A DNA stretch of 64,000 bases from Amoeboaphelidium protococcarum X5 (GCA_023515725.1 JALDTO010000181.1:186001-250000), one strand, 5' to 3'; shown: positions 12,457 through 25,387, counted from the first letter of the stretch. Notes: generated from the sequence alone by a model not told the origin. A program made the numbers and translations.

Positions 12457-15399
12457 TCAATTTAAAGTCTATTAGGATCCCCCTTGATCATTCATTATTC
12501 GTAATAAAAGACGAGGATAATACGTGTTAACCCAGTCAATCAACTTGAAATCAGCTATACTTTGCAGCAGAGGATACACCTTGTCGAAATCCACTTTGGG
12601 TGACGATAAAAGTTTCTTGTATTACTGCATTTGCTTAATGACATCATCATCTTGATACAGTGTTGCATCAAATATCCATCGAGCGTACGGGAACTAGCTC
12701 TTATAATCCTTAGTACCATATGAAGATGGCAGCAGTTAATTAAGCATAAAAGAGTCAGCTGCATGGCCAAAATCAACTTTACGAGCATCAAAAATTCTCT
12801 AATTAAATACCAACTGAGCCATCAATTTAAGGTCAGGTAACATAATCTTGCGCGGATGTTTACTAGCCAGAGGAAACTCTATAAATCGTTTACTGTCATT
12901 TATCAACTCTCCAACTCCAGCGTATGGACGCCTATTAGCATTGCTGTTAGATTGAGCCTACGACTGGATGGGCAGAGACCTCTTGATGAATCCAACAGAA
13001 TTAGCCAGTACAGTGGCCAAATAAATCTCATCAACAATGAAGCCAAACTCCATGAAGGCAGCAAGATACGATGCAGTTGGACTATATTGTAAGTGACGAA
13101 CCACATCACGTCCAAGAACCACCCACTAGTGATGTTTGTACAGAGACCAATGAGAATACGGGAAAGCTATCCGTTATGAACCAGGAGATACAGGAATCTA
13201 TAAAACTTAGGCCATGGTGTCAACAACGTTCTATGGTAGGCCTTTGGACTGGACGTTATTGGTGATAATCCTCTAATTCTCTTACACATCTTCAACATCC
13301 AACATCGCCTTTTTCATATTATAATGTACGACGGTAGACTAAGGTGCCAACATAGGAGCATCATAAACGCGAGCAATCGCATCAATTGAACTCCAATAAC
13401 CCATAAAACTGCACTGACGAATAGATGAGTTCCGAGCCAGACAGTCCGACACCAAATCATCATAAATCACATCATTTGATCTTAGCATCAAATCATTGGC
13501 ACTCAAGTTTATAACATAATCCCATTCGGAATCCATTTCAAGCAATTCAAAAAAGCCAGCTAGCTGTGCAAACACCAGCGATGATTATCCCCACATTCCG
13601 TAGAATGATCGCTTCATGACTTTCGTCTTTGCATAGAGAGAAGGATTCTATGACATCTTCTGCTCAACATACTTTACAATCTATCCTTTGAGTACAGGAT
13701 TCTTGGCATCGACGTGAATAAGGATTACCGCGTGCTTATCAATTATGGATTCCAAGAGCTTGACAAAATTAGTAAAGCCTTTATGCACCAACACGAAATA
13801 GGCCAATTTATGAGGTCGGTCGAAAGCTTTGATATCACGCTGACGTATCTTGTCCGCGACTTTAGACAACTATTGCAAGGAGAACTGCTCCAATTTAAAA
13901 ATTTTCTACTCACTTATGGAAGCGGCCGCAGAAGAATGAGAAGATAATGAAGCCATATGATCAAACTGTGATATACCATCTCGTCTATAACGTTTACCAA
14001 TTTGACCATTTCTAGCGGATTACTCCAACTACTGTTACTCTTTAGTAGTAGTAGTAGTAGTAGTACTGCCAGAGGAAGTAGATGACGAAAGAGCAGCATC
14101 AAACTTGGAATCTTGACGCTCATGAGAGATGAACAAATCTTCATCGGAGTAAACATCATTAACGTACTTTTATCTCCAATCGAAAGCAAGAGCATCAGCC
14201 TCATATTGAACTAATTCCAAGTCTAATGGTGCATAATTAATAGAGCCATCAAAATACTTTCGCGGATCTATGTACCGCAGAAATTTCCTGTCACCAACAA
14301 TCAATGGGGAAGCCGATTTGATCTTCAAAGGATTACTATCAGCATCATTATACCGAAATTACTCAGAAGCCACGTACTTCAAGTGAGGATTATTACCATC
14401 AGCCGCTTAGAAGCAGGCAAATCTCAAACTAGAATAAAAAGCATCATGCGAACTCTTCATGAAAGGACTTGAGCGATCCGAAGCAGATTGATTCTGACTG
14501 AGTTACTACTATGAGGAGATTCTTGTAAATGATGCTCGAATTTCCTATTCAGATAATCCATACTGACGCTGTAGTAGAGTTTAATACAGAGCAATAGCAG
14601 CAGTGTCTATAACTTAAACCGCTTTTTCAATGCCAAACTCTTTCAGTGATGTAATTCCATTCATATCAAATCCAAGCCTGTCTTTAGTTTAATAACTTTC
14701 ATCTTGAATAACCACAAGAGCACTTTGCAAATCCACCAAAGGACTAAACATCTTTTCAATCTTTTTATTCAACTTCAGACGGAATAGCAATGGCGTAGAT
14801 TTAAGTTGATCCAAAATCTAATCATAGTCTTTCTCTAATGGTGCCACTTAGTAAATAGCTTCCAATATAGATTTATAAAGCGGAGCTTCGGCGTCGAATA
14901 CTGCCCCATTCAAATGCTGACAGAATCTAAATCCATTCAATGGCACTAAAGTACTCTAAATCTTCTCATCCTTCTAAGGCTCTTGATAAATAAAAGATTC
15001 TTGTTTATTGGATGAAAACCACCATTACTTTGCAATTGAGAGGAGGGAAATCTAGCTAACAAAACTAAATACTCGGCCTGTATATTCGCCAGATTAAGAC
15101 AGATTGGCACTTTTAAATTGTGAAATGTTAACATAGTCGGCGCTTGTCAAAGGTTCAGATTTACTACTGCTATCCTCAACATCAGACGGACTGTCGTAAT
15201 AAACTTCACTATGATTCTCATCATTTAAGACAGCCGCAAGTTAAGGCATTGACGACGCGGCCACTTATAATTGCTAATCAGTAATAGACTTTGCACCTTC
15301 AGAGGCAGGAGCCACAGATCTAGAGGATACATCTATTGAAAGAAGGCAAAACACTAAGAACAATTCCAGCGAAAGCCATTACCTTTATAATATTCCCAT
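12457..15399 (-). CDS. GT14 (core-2/I-branching / xylosyltransferase-like) glycosyltransferase with a long N-terminal extension, about 980 aa
   Basis: Single code-6 ORF with an N-terminal hydrophobic segment. KLAYFVLVHK, ILIHVDAK, WGISSLVFAQL, WDYVINLSANDL and PDESFY are GT14 motifs. Confidence 0.8.
14043..14064 (+). repeat. (TAG)n microsatellite encoding poly-Thr in the minus-strand GT14 gene
   Basis: tagtagtagtagtagtagtagt. Confidence 0.85.
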
Positions 15400-16218
15400 T
15401 TCTGCTCACTCAAATCTAAATATAATAAAAAAGATCTTCGGTATAATTAGTCAGATCTATCTATCGGCACCTTGTTGATGAATGAATACTATCGGCAGAT
15501 CAGATCAGCAGCAGTCACACTGTATAAATAAACCCAATTGGTTCACTAAATAGAAATAAGCGCAGATGGAATAGCGGTCGATAGCTGCTTAAATAAAGCA
15601 ACAACTTGAATGCAGAGAAGAAATAAAAAGAGGCACCTTCAGGGGCTTGGTGAATATAATATTTCCTTGCGGGGCGAATAGCTTTTTTTGTTTCAGCGAG
15701 AAAAATTCACAAGGCGATGATCGATCGCTCCTCCCATTGGCCGAGACTGAAATTACTAATTTGGTGGTTGCCAAGCAATTCATTCATCATTTACTAGGAG
15801 ATTCAGTTAGAAGGCTGATATGATGATGATCTATTGTATATAAAAACATGCCTTCTTAAATATTATAAGCCAATATTTAAATGTTTGGCAGCTTTGAATG
15901 TTGTTAATCTCTCGTTTGCATTCTTAAAACTTTGCTGTGTCTCACACACTATGTTCATGCGCGTTTATAGATTATGTTAACTGTGTTTTATCTCATAGTA
16001 TAGGTCGAGGCTTTTACTTTGATGCTTTCAGACAATTATTAATCATATTAGCAGTCAGACACACGGTTAATAATTATCATGTTTTTCACAAATCCGTTTG
16101 CAAGAACCGACATTATCAAAATCATCTGGTGTTCGAACAACCCAATAAGAACTGTTTCAGCGTTTTCGTGCTCTATAAAGCTTTCGATGTCAACATTAAA
16201 ACATCCATAAGAGATAAT

Positions 16219-19200
16219 ATGGAGGTGCTTTACACGTCAGATACGCATAAGAAGAACAAAGTATGGCATGATGGAGTAATTAAGGAAGTATAATCTAGCA
16301 ATTCACGGAAGAAAATGTATGAACTGCGTGACAGTGCTGGAGCTGTAGTGGATCGTCACGCTTTGACTTGTGCCATTGGGTAAGCTGTTACAAGTGATCA
16401 AGAGCTGACATTTGGAAGACATCTGGTGATGATCACCTAAATAACCGATTAGAATACCAATGCTGCACAGTAATAAAATTCTTCCTACACCTAGCCACTG
16501 CGTAATAACAAGAAGAAGACTTTCAGAGTACCGCTTTCTCAACGTCCCGTGGTTGAAACGTCAGTCTCGAACGTGTAATCCTCTTAGGTAACTGAAGATA
16601 AGTAAGGAGAGACTTTAAAATGTTTATACACGGATTAAATTCATAAAAAGTAAAAGATTTGGCTGGATGGAACTATAAAATTGAATTAGTCTGTAAAGTC
16701 ACTTAAATTGTTCAGCGAGTCTGGATAATAAATCTCGTCGGTAAAGAACCAATATGTGGTGTCAGATACTGATATTTTCAGCAAGGATTAAGTAGATGGT
16801 GAACTTACGATTGATGGCAAGTATCTGGTCTAATTCGAACGTGCTAATGTCCCCACTTTATCATAACGCGTCAATAAGTTTCATTCAGCCTTCAAGCGGC
16901 CAAAGTTCATGGTACCAAAGTCTACTCAGAATGTCGATCAGAACGTTGAAGCTGTCATAGAGATCGATCTTACCGAAAATGTATAGGAATCGGAATCTCT
17001 TGTGGATCTGAACAATGAAGATGACCGGATATTGAACATCCCAGTAGAGACTCAATAAAGCTCTATCATTAAGGTCGAGCCTTCTAGGCCATCTAAGTCG
17101 AACCTTCGCGCTAAGTTCAAGCCCCCTCTAAAGCAAGCTGGTTCAGTACCTACCACTCCATTGGCCATATCTGTTTATCCATGGAAATAAGCAGCCGTTA
17201 GAACATCTAGGTACAATGGAGCAAAGTTTAAGCGAGAGTACAAAGTCCCTACTCACTTCAAATCCGCCGAGACATATCTTATGACTTTGTTGAATACGCA
17301 ACTGGAATGCTTGTAAATCCAAGTCAATGAGCAGTTTGTCGAGTTGTACAAGGTGCGTTCCACGCTGGCAAAGAAGATGCAATTGAATAGTGCGGACGCT
17401 TGGCGGGCTAAAGGCGTGAAGATGTCTTTTGGCTGTGAATTAGCAGAAGTTTCAGTGTATGATTAACAAAATCAGACTTATTCTCTCACCTTGCCAAAGG
17501 TTGGGGACTTGAAGCTTTACTCAAAAGATGATCTTTGGGTGGTGAGTAAATCTATGTAATTTGAGTAGTCTGAATCAGCTTTATTCCGAGCTAATTGGCA
17601 TGCTCCTCGTAAGTTATCAGGCACAACTGGGACTATGGAATTAAAGCCTCTGGAATCTCAGAGTGTAGGCCGTAAATTCTTCAAAGATTTATTGTCGTCA
17701 GATGCTGGTCCGGATTTAGCGACTGTCAAACGACATCGATCTAAATTGGAAATGTTTGATGAGCGATTTATTAAGTAAAATAGCACTAAATGCCAAAATT
17801 TAGTGGCAGTAAATCTATTTAACGCGTCATCTGAATTAAAAGTGATAGAAAAGCTGAAGGATTTGTAGAAATGCGTTGTGGGTAGTTCGCTGCTGGACTA
17901 TATCTAGTCGTTCCCCCTTTGTCCTTATATTGTGGGAGACATTGCGCAAAGTAAAATTAAATAGGTGGTATCTAATAGTCTTTTCCATCAGTCACATTTA
18001 GAGGAAGCATTGGCCCTTTTAAAGTAGTACCATATGAAATACAAACTTAATGATGACCAGAAGGAGGTCTCAGTTGCATTTACCAAGAACTTGATCTAAT
18101 CTTCACAAGAGGGTCACCATCCAATCACTCTATGTCATGGAGTATTTGGAGCGGGTAAATCGTATCTCCTGGCCGTGCTTGTAATGTTCCTTCATAAATT
18201 TATTGAATTAATTGGACTGGATTCTAAGGACTTTAAAGTATTACTTTCATCGAATACTAATGTTGCTGTTGATAGAGTTCTGGTTGTGCTCAGAGAATTG
18301 GGATTTGAAGAGTTTACTCGAATTGGACCTATTAACAAGGTTGATAAGCGGATTTTGCAATATCGCTTGCAGCAAAAGGCAAGAGATGATGCGAATGACC
18401 AGAATGATGAAGTCAAGGTACTTGCCGCAATGATGGATAACTGTCGCGATGATCGGGAGCGCCAGTATCTAGAGGATGCTCATTATAAATATTCTCAAAA
18501 GCTCAATATAGATCTTCTTAAAGACACCTTTCTGGTTGGCACTACTTGTCTATCTACTTTGAATCCTGTGCTGAGTAGTCCATTGAATAACGGACATTAA
18601 ATCAAGTTTCCTGTGGTGTTTCTGGATGAGTGCAGCTAAATGACTGAGGCTCTAAGTCTTTTGCCATTGGCTTCGTTTGATACTAAATGTGCCCTTCTCA
18701 TTGGCGATCCTTTACAACTACCGCCAACGCTTCCACCAGCTGCTCCGGCTCTTGCTAATGACCGCGATGCGCATGGATCAGAGAGAACGCTGTTTGAACG
18801 TGTCAGAGATATGGGCGTTCCTGCTGTTATGCTTCGTACATAGTACCGTTGTCATCCCGAGATATCGTCTCTATCGAATGAACTCTTTTATGACTCCAAA
18901 CTGGTTAATGGCATCACGGCTGAGCATAGACCGCCTCTGATCAATAGCAATTTCCCTCCCTTAATGATGGTCAACATGCCAGTTGGTAAAGAAGAGCAAA
19001 CGTACTCCGGTAGCTACATCAACTAATCTGAGAGCTAGTGTATATTGAAAATTGTTCGATCTATTTTAATGCAAAAGTAATCCGACGGCGACCGTCTGCG
19101 TGGAAGCCAACTGGGCGTTATATCATTGTACAAGAGCTAATCTGAGCTGTTGTCTTAAATCATAAATGTCGGAGATTGTCAGGAGACTGTTGAAGTCAGC

Positions 19201-19488
19201 ACAGTGGATGCATATCAGGGTGCCGAGAAGGATATCATTATTTTATCAACTGTGAGATCTGGTGGTAGTTCAGTTGGATTTATTGACGAGCCTCGACGCA
19301 TTAATGTTGCATTGAGTAGAGCACGATACCATTTGATAATTGTTGCCAATGTTGATACCGTTAAAAGTAATGATTTATGGTAGAAGCTCATTGCGAAATG
19401 TGGCAAGAATATATTCTCTCTCGAACAGTCTATAAGTTTAATGAAGGTTACGAATCCTGCGAATGGTGGCGATGATGAGTTTGTGTGA
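16219..19488 (+). CDS. ZGRF1: ZGRF1/Mte1-like protein: two DUF2439-type repeats plus a UPF1/DNA2-like SF1 helicase
   Basis: LYTSDTHKKNKVWHDG and LYTDQIHKKQKIWLDG; HGVFGAGKSYLL, SNTNVAVDRVL, LDECSQMTE, IGDPLQLPP, LRTQYRCHP, STVDAYQGAEKD, RINVALSRAR. Confidence 0.85.
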
Positions 19489-19673
19489 TGATAATCCTGT
19501 CATGTTTATAGTACTGTATAAGGGGACATCACTGACAAGCTGTGATGTGTAAAATACTGAAATAAGTAAAGTCAGTAATATTCAATCTCTTTCAAATTTC
19601 CTAAGCATCACACGCTGCATGCCACAAGCAAAGTAGCACCATACACACATACACACACCATTACACATATAGC

Positions 19674-20976
19674 TCATAAAATTCCCTTTGGAAACACGCC
19701 AATGGTGATGAATTCATTGACAACTTCCCGCAGCTTGTCTTCAGTAACCTGCGGAACCTTGTACTTGTATCCCACAGCAGACTCAACCTTGCTGCCATCC
19801 ACAGAGAGGGAGTTGTTGTACAACAGCTCCTGGTCCAAGTAGGGGGTCAGAGGACTGTTGCTCACACCATGACGCTTACACAGATCACTCCATGGCTACA
19901 GATGTTTATCGTTAATCTCTTCCGTAATGTCCTTCAGATTCAGACGAGCCAGATTACTGATGATAGATCCCTGGTATCCTGTGGTGATACCAAACATAGA
20001 GCGCAAATGAGCATTCACAGACTCTTGGTCAGAGTCGCTCTTATCAGCCAGATTGAAAGTCTACTTTAACACCTTGGCACTGGTAGCAGAATTGACGGCG
20101 GCCTAAGCAATGGCAACCAGAGCACCAACCACATCATCCACGTGCACAGTATTAATACGCAAATCCTTGGTCCACAAGAACTTCATCTCCTCCTTCAGCT
20201 CCTTGTACACTGCAGCGATAACAATACGAGGGGTCAGACCAGCCATATCGCCGACACCGTAAACGATAGCTGGACGAACAATGACATAATTCAGACCCGA
20301 AATCTTGGCAATCTCCTCCTCAGCCTTCAACTTATACTTGGCAATAAGAGTCCATGGCTTCACCTTACCACTCTCATCACTTGACTTCTTGTCAGCATCA
20401 TAAACCTGAGCAGTGCTCGTCTCAATGAACACACCAACGTTCATCTTGGCTGCCTACTTGGCACAGTTGACACTCAACAAAAACACCTACATGATACATG
20501 AATACATAGTTCACTTACAACGTCGATGGATACTCAACAGTATTGTGCAATAATTACCTTCTCGTTATAAACCTCATCAGTTTGAGAGTACTTGGTCTCT
20601 CCAGCAACATTAAATACCCAGTCCCACTTGGTGACTCCATCTTCGAATGCAAAAGCCTTTTCAATAGATGCTACACAAACAATAATTTAAGTCACCACTC
20701 CGTCTCAGTGGACGCAGTGTTTACTCCAATGTAAACCAAGTTAAAGAGATGCCAAGTTAAATATGTAAAAGACATACCAGGATTGACTAGATTTCCCTAG
20801 CGAAAGTCCACCTTATCGAATGCCTTCTACTGGCGGGCAGTGAGATAGGCAGTTGGCAGTAGAACCTTGTCGACCACTCTAATCTTGCTACACAGATCAT
20901 TCTCCACCAGGAAGGTGACCAAGTTCTTTCCAATGAAACCAGCTCCTCCTAATACCAATGCAGTTGGCTTGCTCAT
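19674..20976 (-). CDS. NAD-dependent epimerase/dehydratase family (extended SDR)
   Basis: LVLGGAGFIGKNLV, AGETKYSQ, PWTLIAKYKLKAE, IVRPAIVYGVGD, INTVHVDDV. Two introns (about 20487-20557 and 20670-20777). Confidence 0.85.
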
Positions 20977-22999
20977 TATGATGAATATTCTAAAATTAAG
21001 TGTATGAATCAACTGTGAAGATGAAGGGCGCAAATGTAAATTTAAATATGATAGACGATGCCCAGTTGTTGGTTGTGTTAAACAGGAAAGGAAGACGCTC
21101 TCACAATTTATTTTGTTTTAGGAAACCTTGATGGAACGAACTGAGGCCGCCGTGGAATAGTTTACTGTAACTCGTTGAAACTGCCCGAAGAGAGCCAGCC
21201 TCTTTGCTGTTTCAACGTGGAATCTTTTGTGTTTGAGATGATTATGAGACTTGCCTACCGCAGCAGTGAACGAAAAGACTATGATAAAGTCTGACTTTTC
21301 TATTTCATTTCAATAAAATGATGCTTCCACTAATTCTTACTCTCTTTATATACAGTATAAGGCAATCAAAAGCCATGCTTCCCAAAAATTGGGACAAAGA
21401 TGTCAAAAAATGTTCTCCATCACCTTCATCGACCATTTCGCGTACTTGACACCACTATCGACTCCGAAATATTCAGTGCAGCTTCCATATCCCTTTCCAG
21501 AAGAGGAATTTGATGCAATCTCAGAATGACCGCGTCTGGTTACAGCAATGAAACAGCTTATGCCGCCGAGATTTCACGCCGCAGTTAACAACGATATCAA
21601 ACCTCAGCCACGGCTCCACCCTCAACCGTCCACCAACGAATAAACTATTAGGTTACAATATTTCAAGAAATTCAAGCTATGAAACTTAATCAAGTAAAGA
21701 ATATATTTGTAACCATAAAGTCCGATAACTATCAAATCACAATAAGTACCCCTTAGTCTATCATAAACTAATCGACAACCAAACCCACTAGTTTAGTGCG
21801 ACTAGTAACCAGGAACTGTCGATACTCTTTATCGACCAGATCGACCGCTAAAGCCGGTAACGCATTACCACTAGGAAGGTGGATACGTTTCAACGCCTAT
21901 TTCTTCTATATACGCTCCAAGCGCTCTCTCTCTCCTCGTGCTCCGCCCTTTCAGCTGCTGTTAATCGATCAAGGACATCATCTTATTAGTGCAAAGGAGA
22001 CTGAATAGGAGTGGCCGCTTGTGGTCGAGATGAACTCCCCTTTCGGCACTAAACATCGCCGAGAGTAAACTCGTACACGCACTCAAACAGGCACACCAAG
22101 TACCCCACCGCCTTATCCTCCTGGCCGCTCATTCTCACTTTTCTAACGTGATCAGATAGGCGAGATGCAAGCACATCAACGCCATCAAATCTGTCAGAAG
22201 GCACTGAATGCGCCACACTCTGAAGCACATCATCAATTTGCATCGCCTGCACAGCACCAACCACAGCAGCATCAGCACAACTTGGTTATCAAGCACCATC
22301 ACCAGACATTGCAATAATTTTTAAATCACTGTTTTACAATATTTTTACTAACAATAAGGAAGGAATGCAAAGTCTAGGTGAGAATGTAAACAATTATAAA
22401 AGCGATAACCAAAGAATCACCTGAGTATTTCGGCTCAACGCTGTCGGTCTAATTGGGTGATTAAGTTGGTACAGGTGCAGGGATTCTCGATCATCTTGCA
22501 TAAGGACGACAGTATCTAGAGTTTACCGGTAATACGCACAGTAGCTGCTACGAAACCATCCTTTGAATGTATCTGATGAATTACAGTTCGTTTCAGTAAA
22601 ATGTCCGATCACGGAAAAGTGTTTTGGGCACAAAAAATAATGACGAAGTTTTAAGCACGATACTTCCCTACAACAGATAGTATTAGAACTCGTAATGCGA
22701 AGCATACGTGTAATTTGAACAATTATAAGTAACTTATGTGACGTCTTCTTAGATAATGCCGCAAAGTTCTCTATTTCATTCTCCAGTGATGGAAAGTGCC
22801 AATTTCAAAGCCATCGATTTTAGATTTAAGTAATCAAGTGATGGATTGTAGTAATAAGAATACTTTTCCTATATATTATGTAGTTTTTGACTTTAGAAAT
22901 TTTCAAACAGTGCCAAGTAATGAAATTCAATTTCATCGTTACTAAAAGCGGCTCTTACAGCGGCTAGCAAACTCCAATTACTGACTTGTTGAAAAGGCC

Positions 23000-23007
23000 T
23001 ATAAAAG
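23000..23007 (+). promoter_or_regulatory. Candidate TATA box of the Fanzor gene
   Basis: TATAAAAG lies 70 nt upstream of ATG 23070 and is followed by a pyrimidine-rich tract. Confidence 0.45.
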
Positions 23008-23069
23008 CGCCAGACAGTTCACTATTTCTTCTTCCTCTTTCTTATCTAACTTCTCATAGATAAGAAGAT

Positions 23070-25387
23070 ATGGCAAAGAAAGTAATACGTAAATGCAAAC
23101 TAAATACTGTCTTGAATGTTAGCGATAGTGATAAAGAGAGATTGATACCACAGATTCGACTGAGCTCAGTGCACCTCACCTTTGCATTCCGTCTGATCTA
23201 TCTCAGTCTTAATGTATGGAATGAAGCCGGCAAGGCACTACCTGAGCTATCTCATTAGCAGTATTTCGCGTCAATGCTGGAGTATCTCTGCAACTCTGCG
23301 TTTCATCGTGACAATGAACACACACGAATGCTGGCTGAAACTATCGCTCCTGAAGTGCGATAGAGATTGAGGCACGAAAGCCTGATTGGTCCAAATCCTA
23401 ACCTGTACGTGTTTCAAGCGCGTAAGATTATTTAAGCTATCACCTGGCATCTGACTGAAACTATATGGGTCTACTAGAAGAAGGTGATTAAAGCTTAAAT
23501 GGAGGCCTTTAATGTAAAGCCCGAAGGCTTACCGTGTTTCTATAGCTGCTCAACTCTTTGCTGACTGAAGAAGCTGTTAACACGATGGAACACTTTGGGG
23601 GCGAGTACTTGGAGATTAATCCCGCGACTCAGATACATTTGCCTCCTGATTACGATGCTGGTGAAGATGAGGAGACAATTGCGCAATAAGATGCTGCTAT
23701 TAAGGACGAGTTTCTGCAATTGTTATAAGTTGAAGAAGTTCGGCACTTGGTCTCAATGCATCGTCACCATTTATTGGATATTGTCACCACTTCTTTTAAA
23801 GACAGAGCTCCAAGAAGGCGATACAGTAAAAGAAAAGCATAATCTCCTAGTCAGCTGCATGGACTCATCGGTTTCAAGCGATAGAAATCGGGTAAGCTGA
23901 AGTAGCGTGATACCCATCACACATACTGTACATGCCATCAAGAGCACCATGCATTTCAGAATCAGGAGGGCTAGAAAGTTTTGGTCCAATATCTGATGTA
24001 TTTGCGTTAAACTCTCAAGGAGCTAGGCTTGCCATCATTCAAGGTTTTCCCTACTGGTACCGATGTTCCGCGCCACATCTGCTTTGACAATATAGTTTTG
24101 GCTCAGCGGGGGTTTTAACAGTATCGCCTGGGCAATCAGTTGGGGGAGGAGTCGGAAGAGGAGGAGGATCAACGGTAATGTATCCTAAGGCTTAAAGTTT
24201 TGAGTCTTTAACAGCGGATGGCTAAATCTAAAAACGTCAGTGTCAGTATCACGTCTGATGGTTTTGCGTGCTCCGTGTCTGTTTCAGATTAAGGTGGGAA
24301 AGCGTATGCAAATGAAGCTTCAGACCTGCAGAGAAAAGCACGAAACATTGACGTGTCTCAAGTAATTGTTGGGGCTTTTGCTTTGGAAAACTGTCGGAAT
24401 CTCCAACAAAGATTAGATGGCTCTCGATTGATTGGCGTTGACCCTGGTAAGAAGAACGTACTGGTGTGGGGCGACGACGCGGACGTCGATGGTGCAATTA
24501 CGCTAAAAGAAGCCAAGAAGGAGCTAAAAGAAACGGGCCACATATCTGCTGGATACTGGTAACGTCTTGCATTGACTACAGAGTCTGAAGCCCATCTGTT
24601 GCATATCAAACCAACTGAAATCACGCTGATGGAGTAATATATGGCCTAATCAAACACTTGCCAGTAGTATCTCGATGTTTACATCAGATATTTTGAGGAC
24701 GTCTAGGCCTTCTACTCAAGATCATTCCATCGTAATTGGAGATTCCGACGATTTTGCGCGACCAAGTCTGCGTTTGGTAAAGTCATCAACATGATGTATG
24801 TCAGACCAAAGCCACCAGTGCCTAAAATCAACGATCGGCGCCGAGGTAAAGCTGCAAAGAAGAGGAAACGCGAACTGCGTAAATCTAATGGCAAGTTTTC
24901 ACCTCCAGATAAGCCTCCGGTAATTGCGCTTGGTGACGCTGGTGTGAAGCACGTGCGTGGTAATCCTCCTGTTCCGGTGAGAAAATTCGCGTTTGAATTC
25001 AGTCGTCGGGCATTGGTAGTTATAACGCCGGAGTTCCACACTAGCAAGCAGCACTCATTATGTCATGCAGATCTTCAATGGGAGCATGAAGTGGTGATGA
25101 GGTGCCGACACAAGAAGGCAAAGAAGATACTGCCTGGTCGTCGCCGGGCTTAAACTGTCTGCATCAAAGCTGATGGTCCAGAAATCCTATCGCACGAATG
25201 TCCTGATCGTTTTAACCGAAGAGTCCAATCAAGATTTGGAGTTTGCCCAAACTGCCAAAACACTGGATGTGACGTCTTTGTAGATCGGGACGTTAATGCT
25301 TACAGGAGTATGGCTCAAATAGTCCGCCATTACGCGATGCATGGTAGCAGACCTTAATGGAATTGCCGCGCCGAAAGGCGCGCCTGA
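23070..25387 (+). CDS. Fanzor1-like (TnpB-family) RNA-guided endonuclease, about 760-770 aa; one frame break near 23460-23565 (intron or 1-nt deletion)
   Basis: Code-6 translation gives PSFKVFP..PRHICFD, SITSDGFACSV, RuvC-I LIGVDPGKKN (D at 24440), FYS..HRNWRFRRF, IALGDA..GNPPVP, RuvC-II PEFHTSKQHSLC (E at 25031), CPNC, RuvC-III VDRDVNA (D at 25289) and terminal GSRP. Confidence 0.9.
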
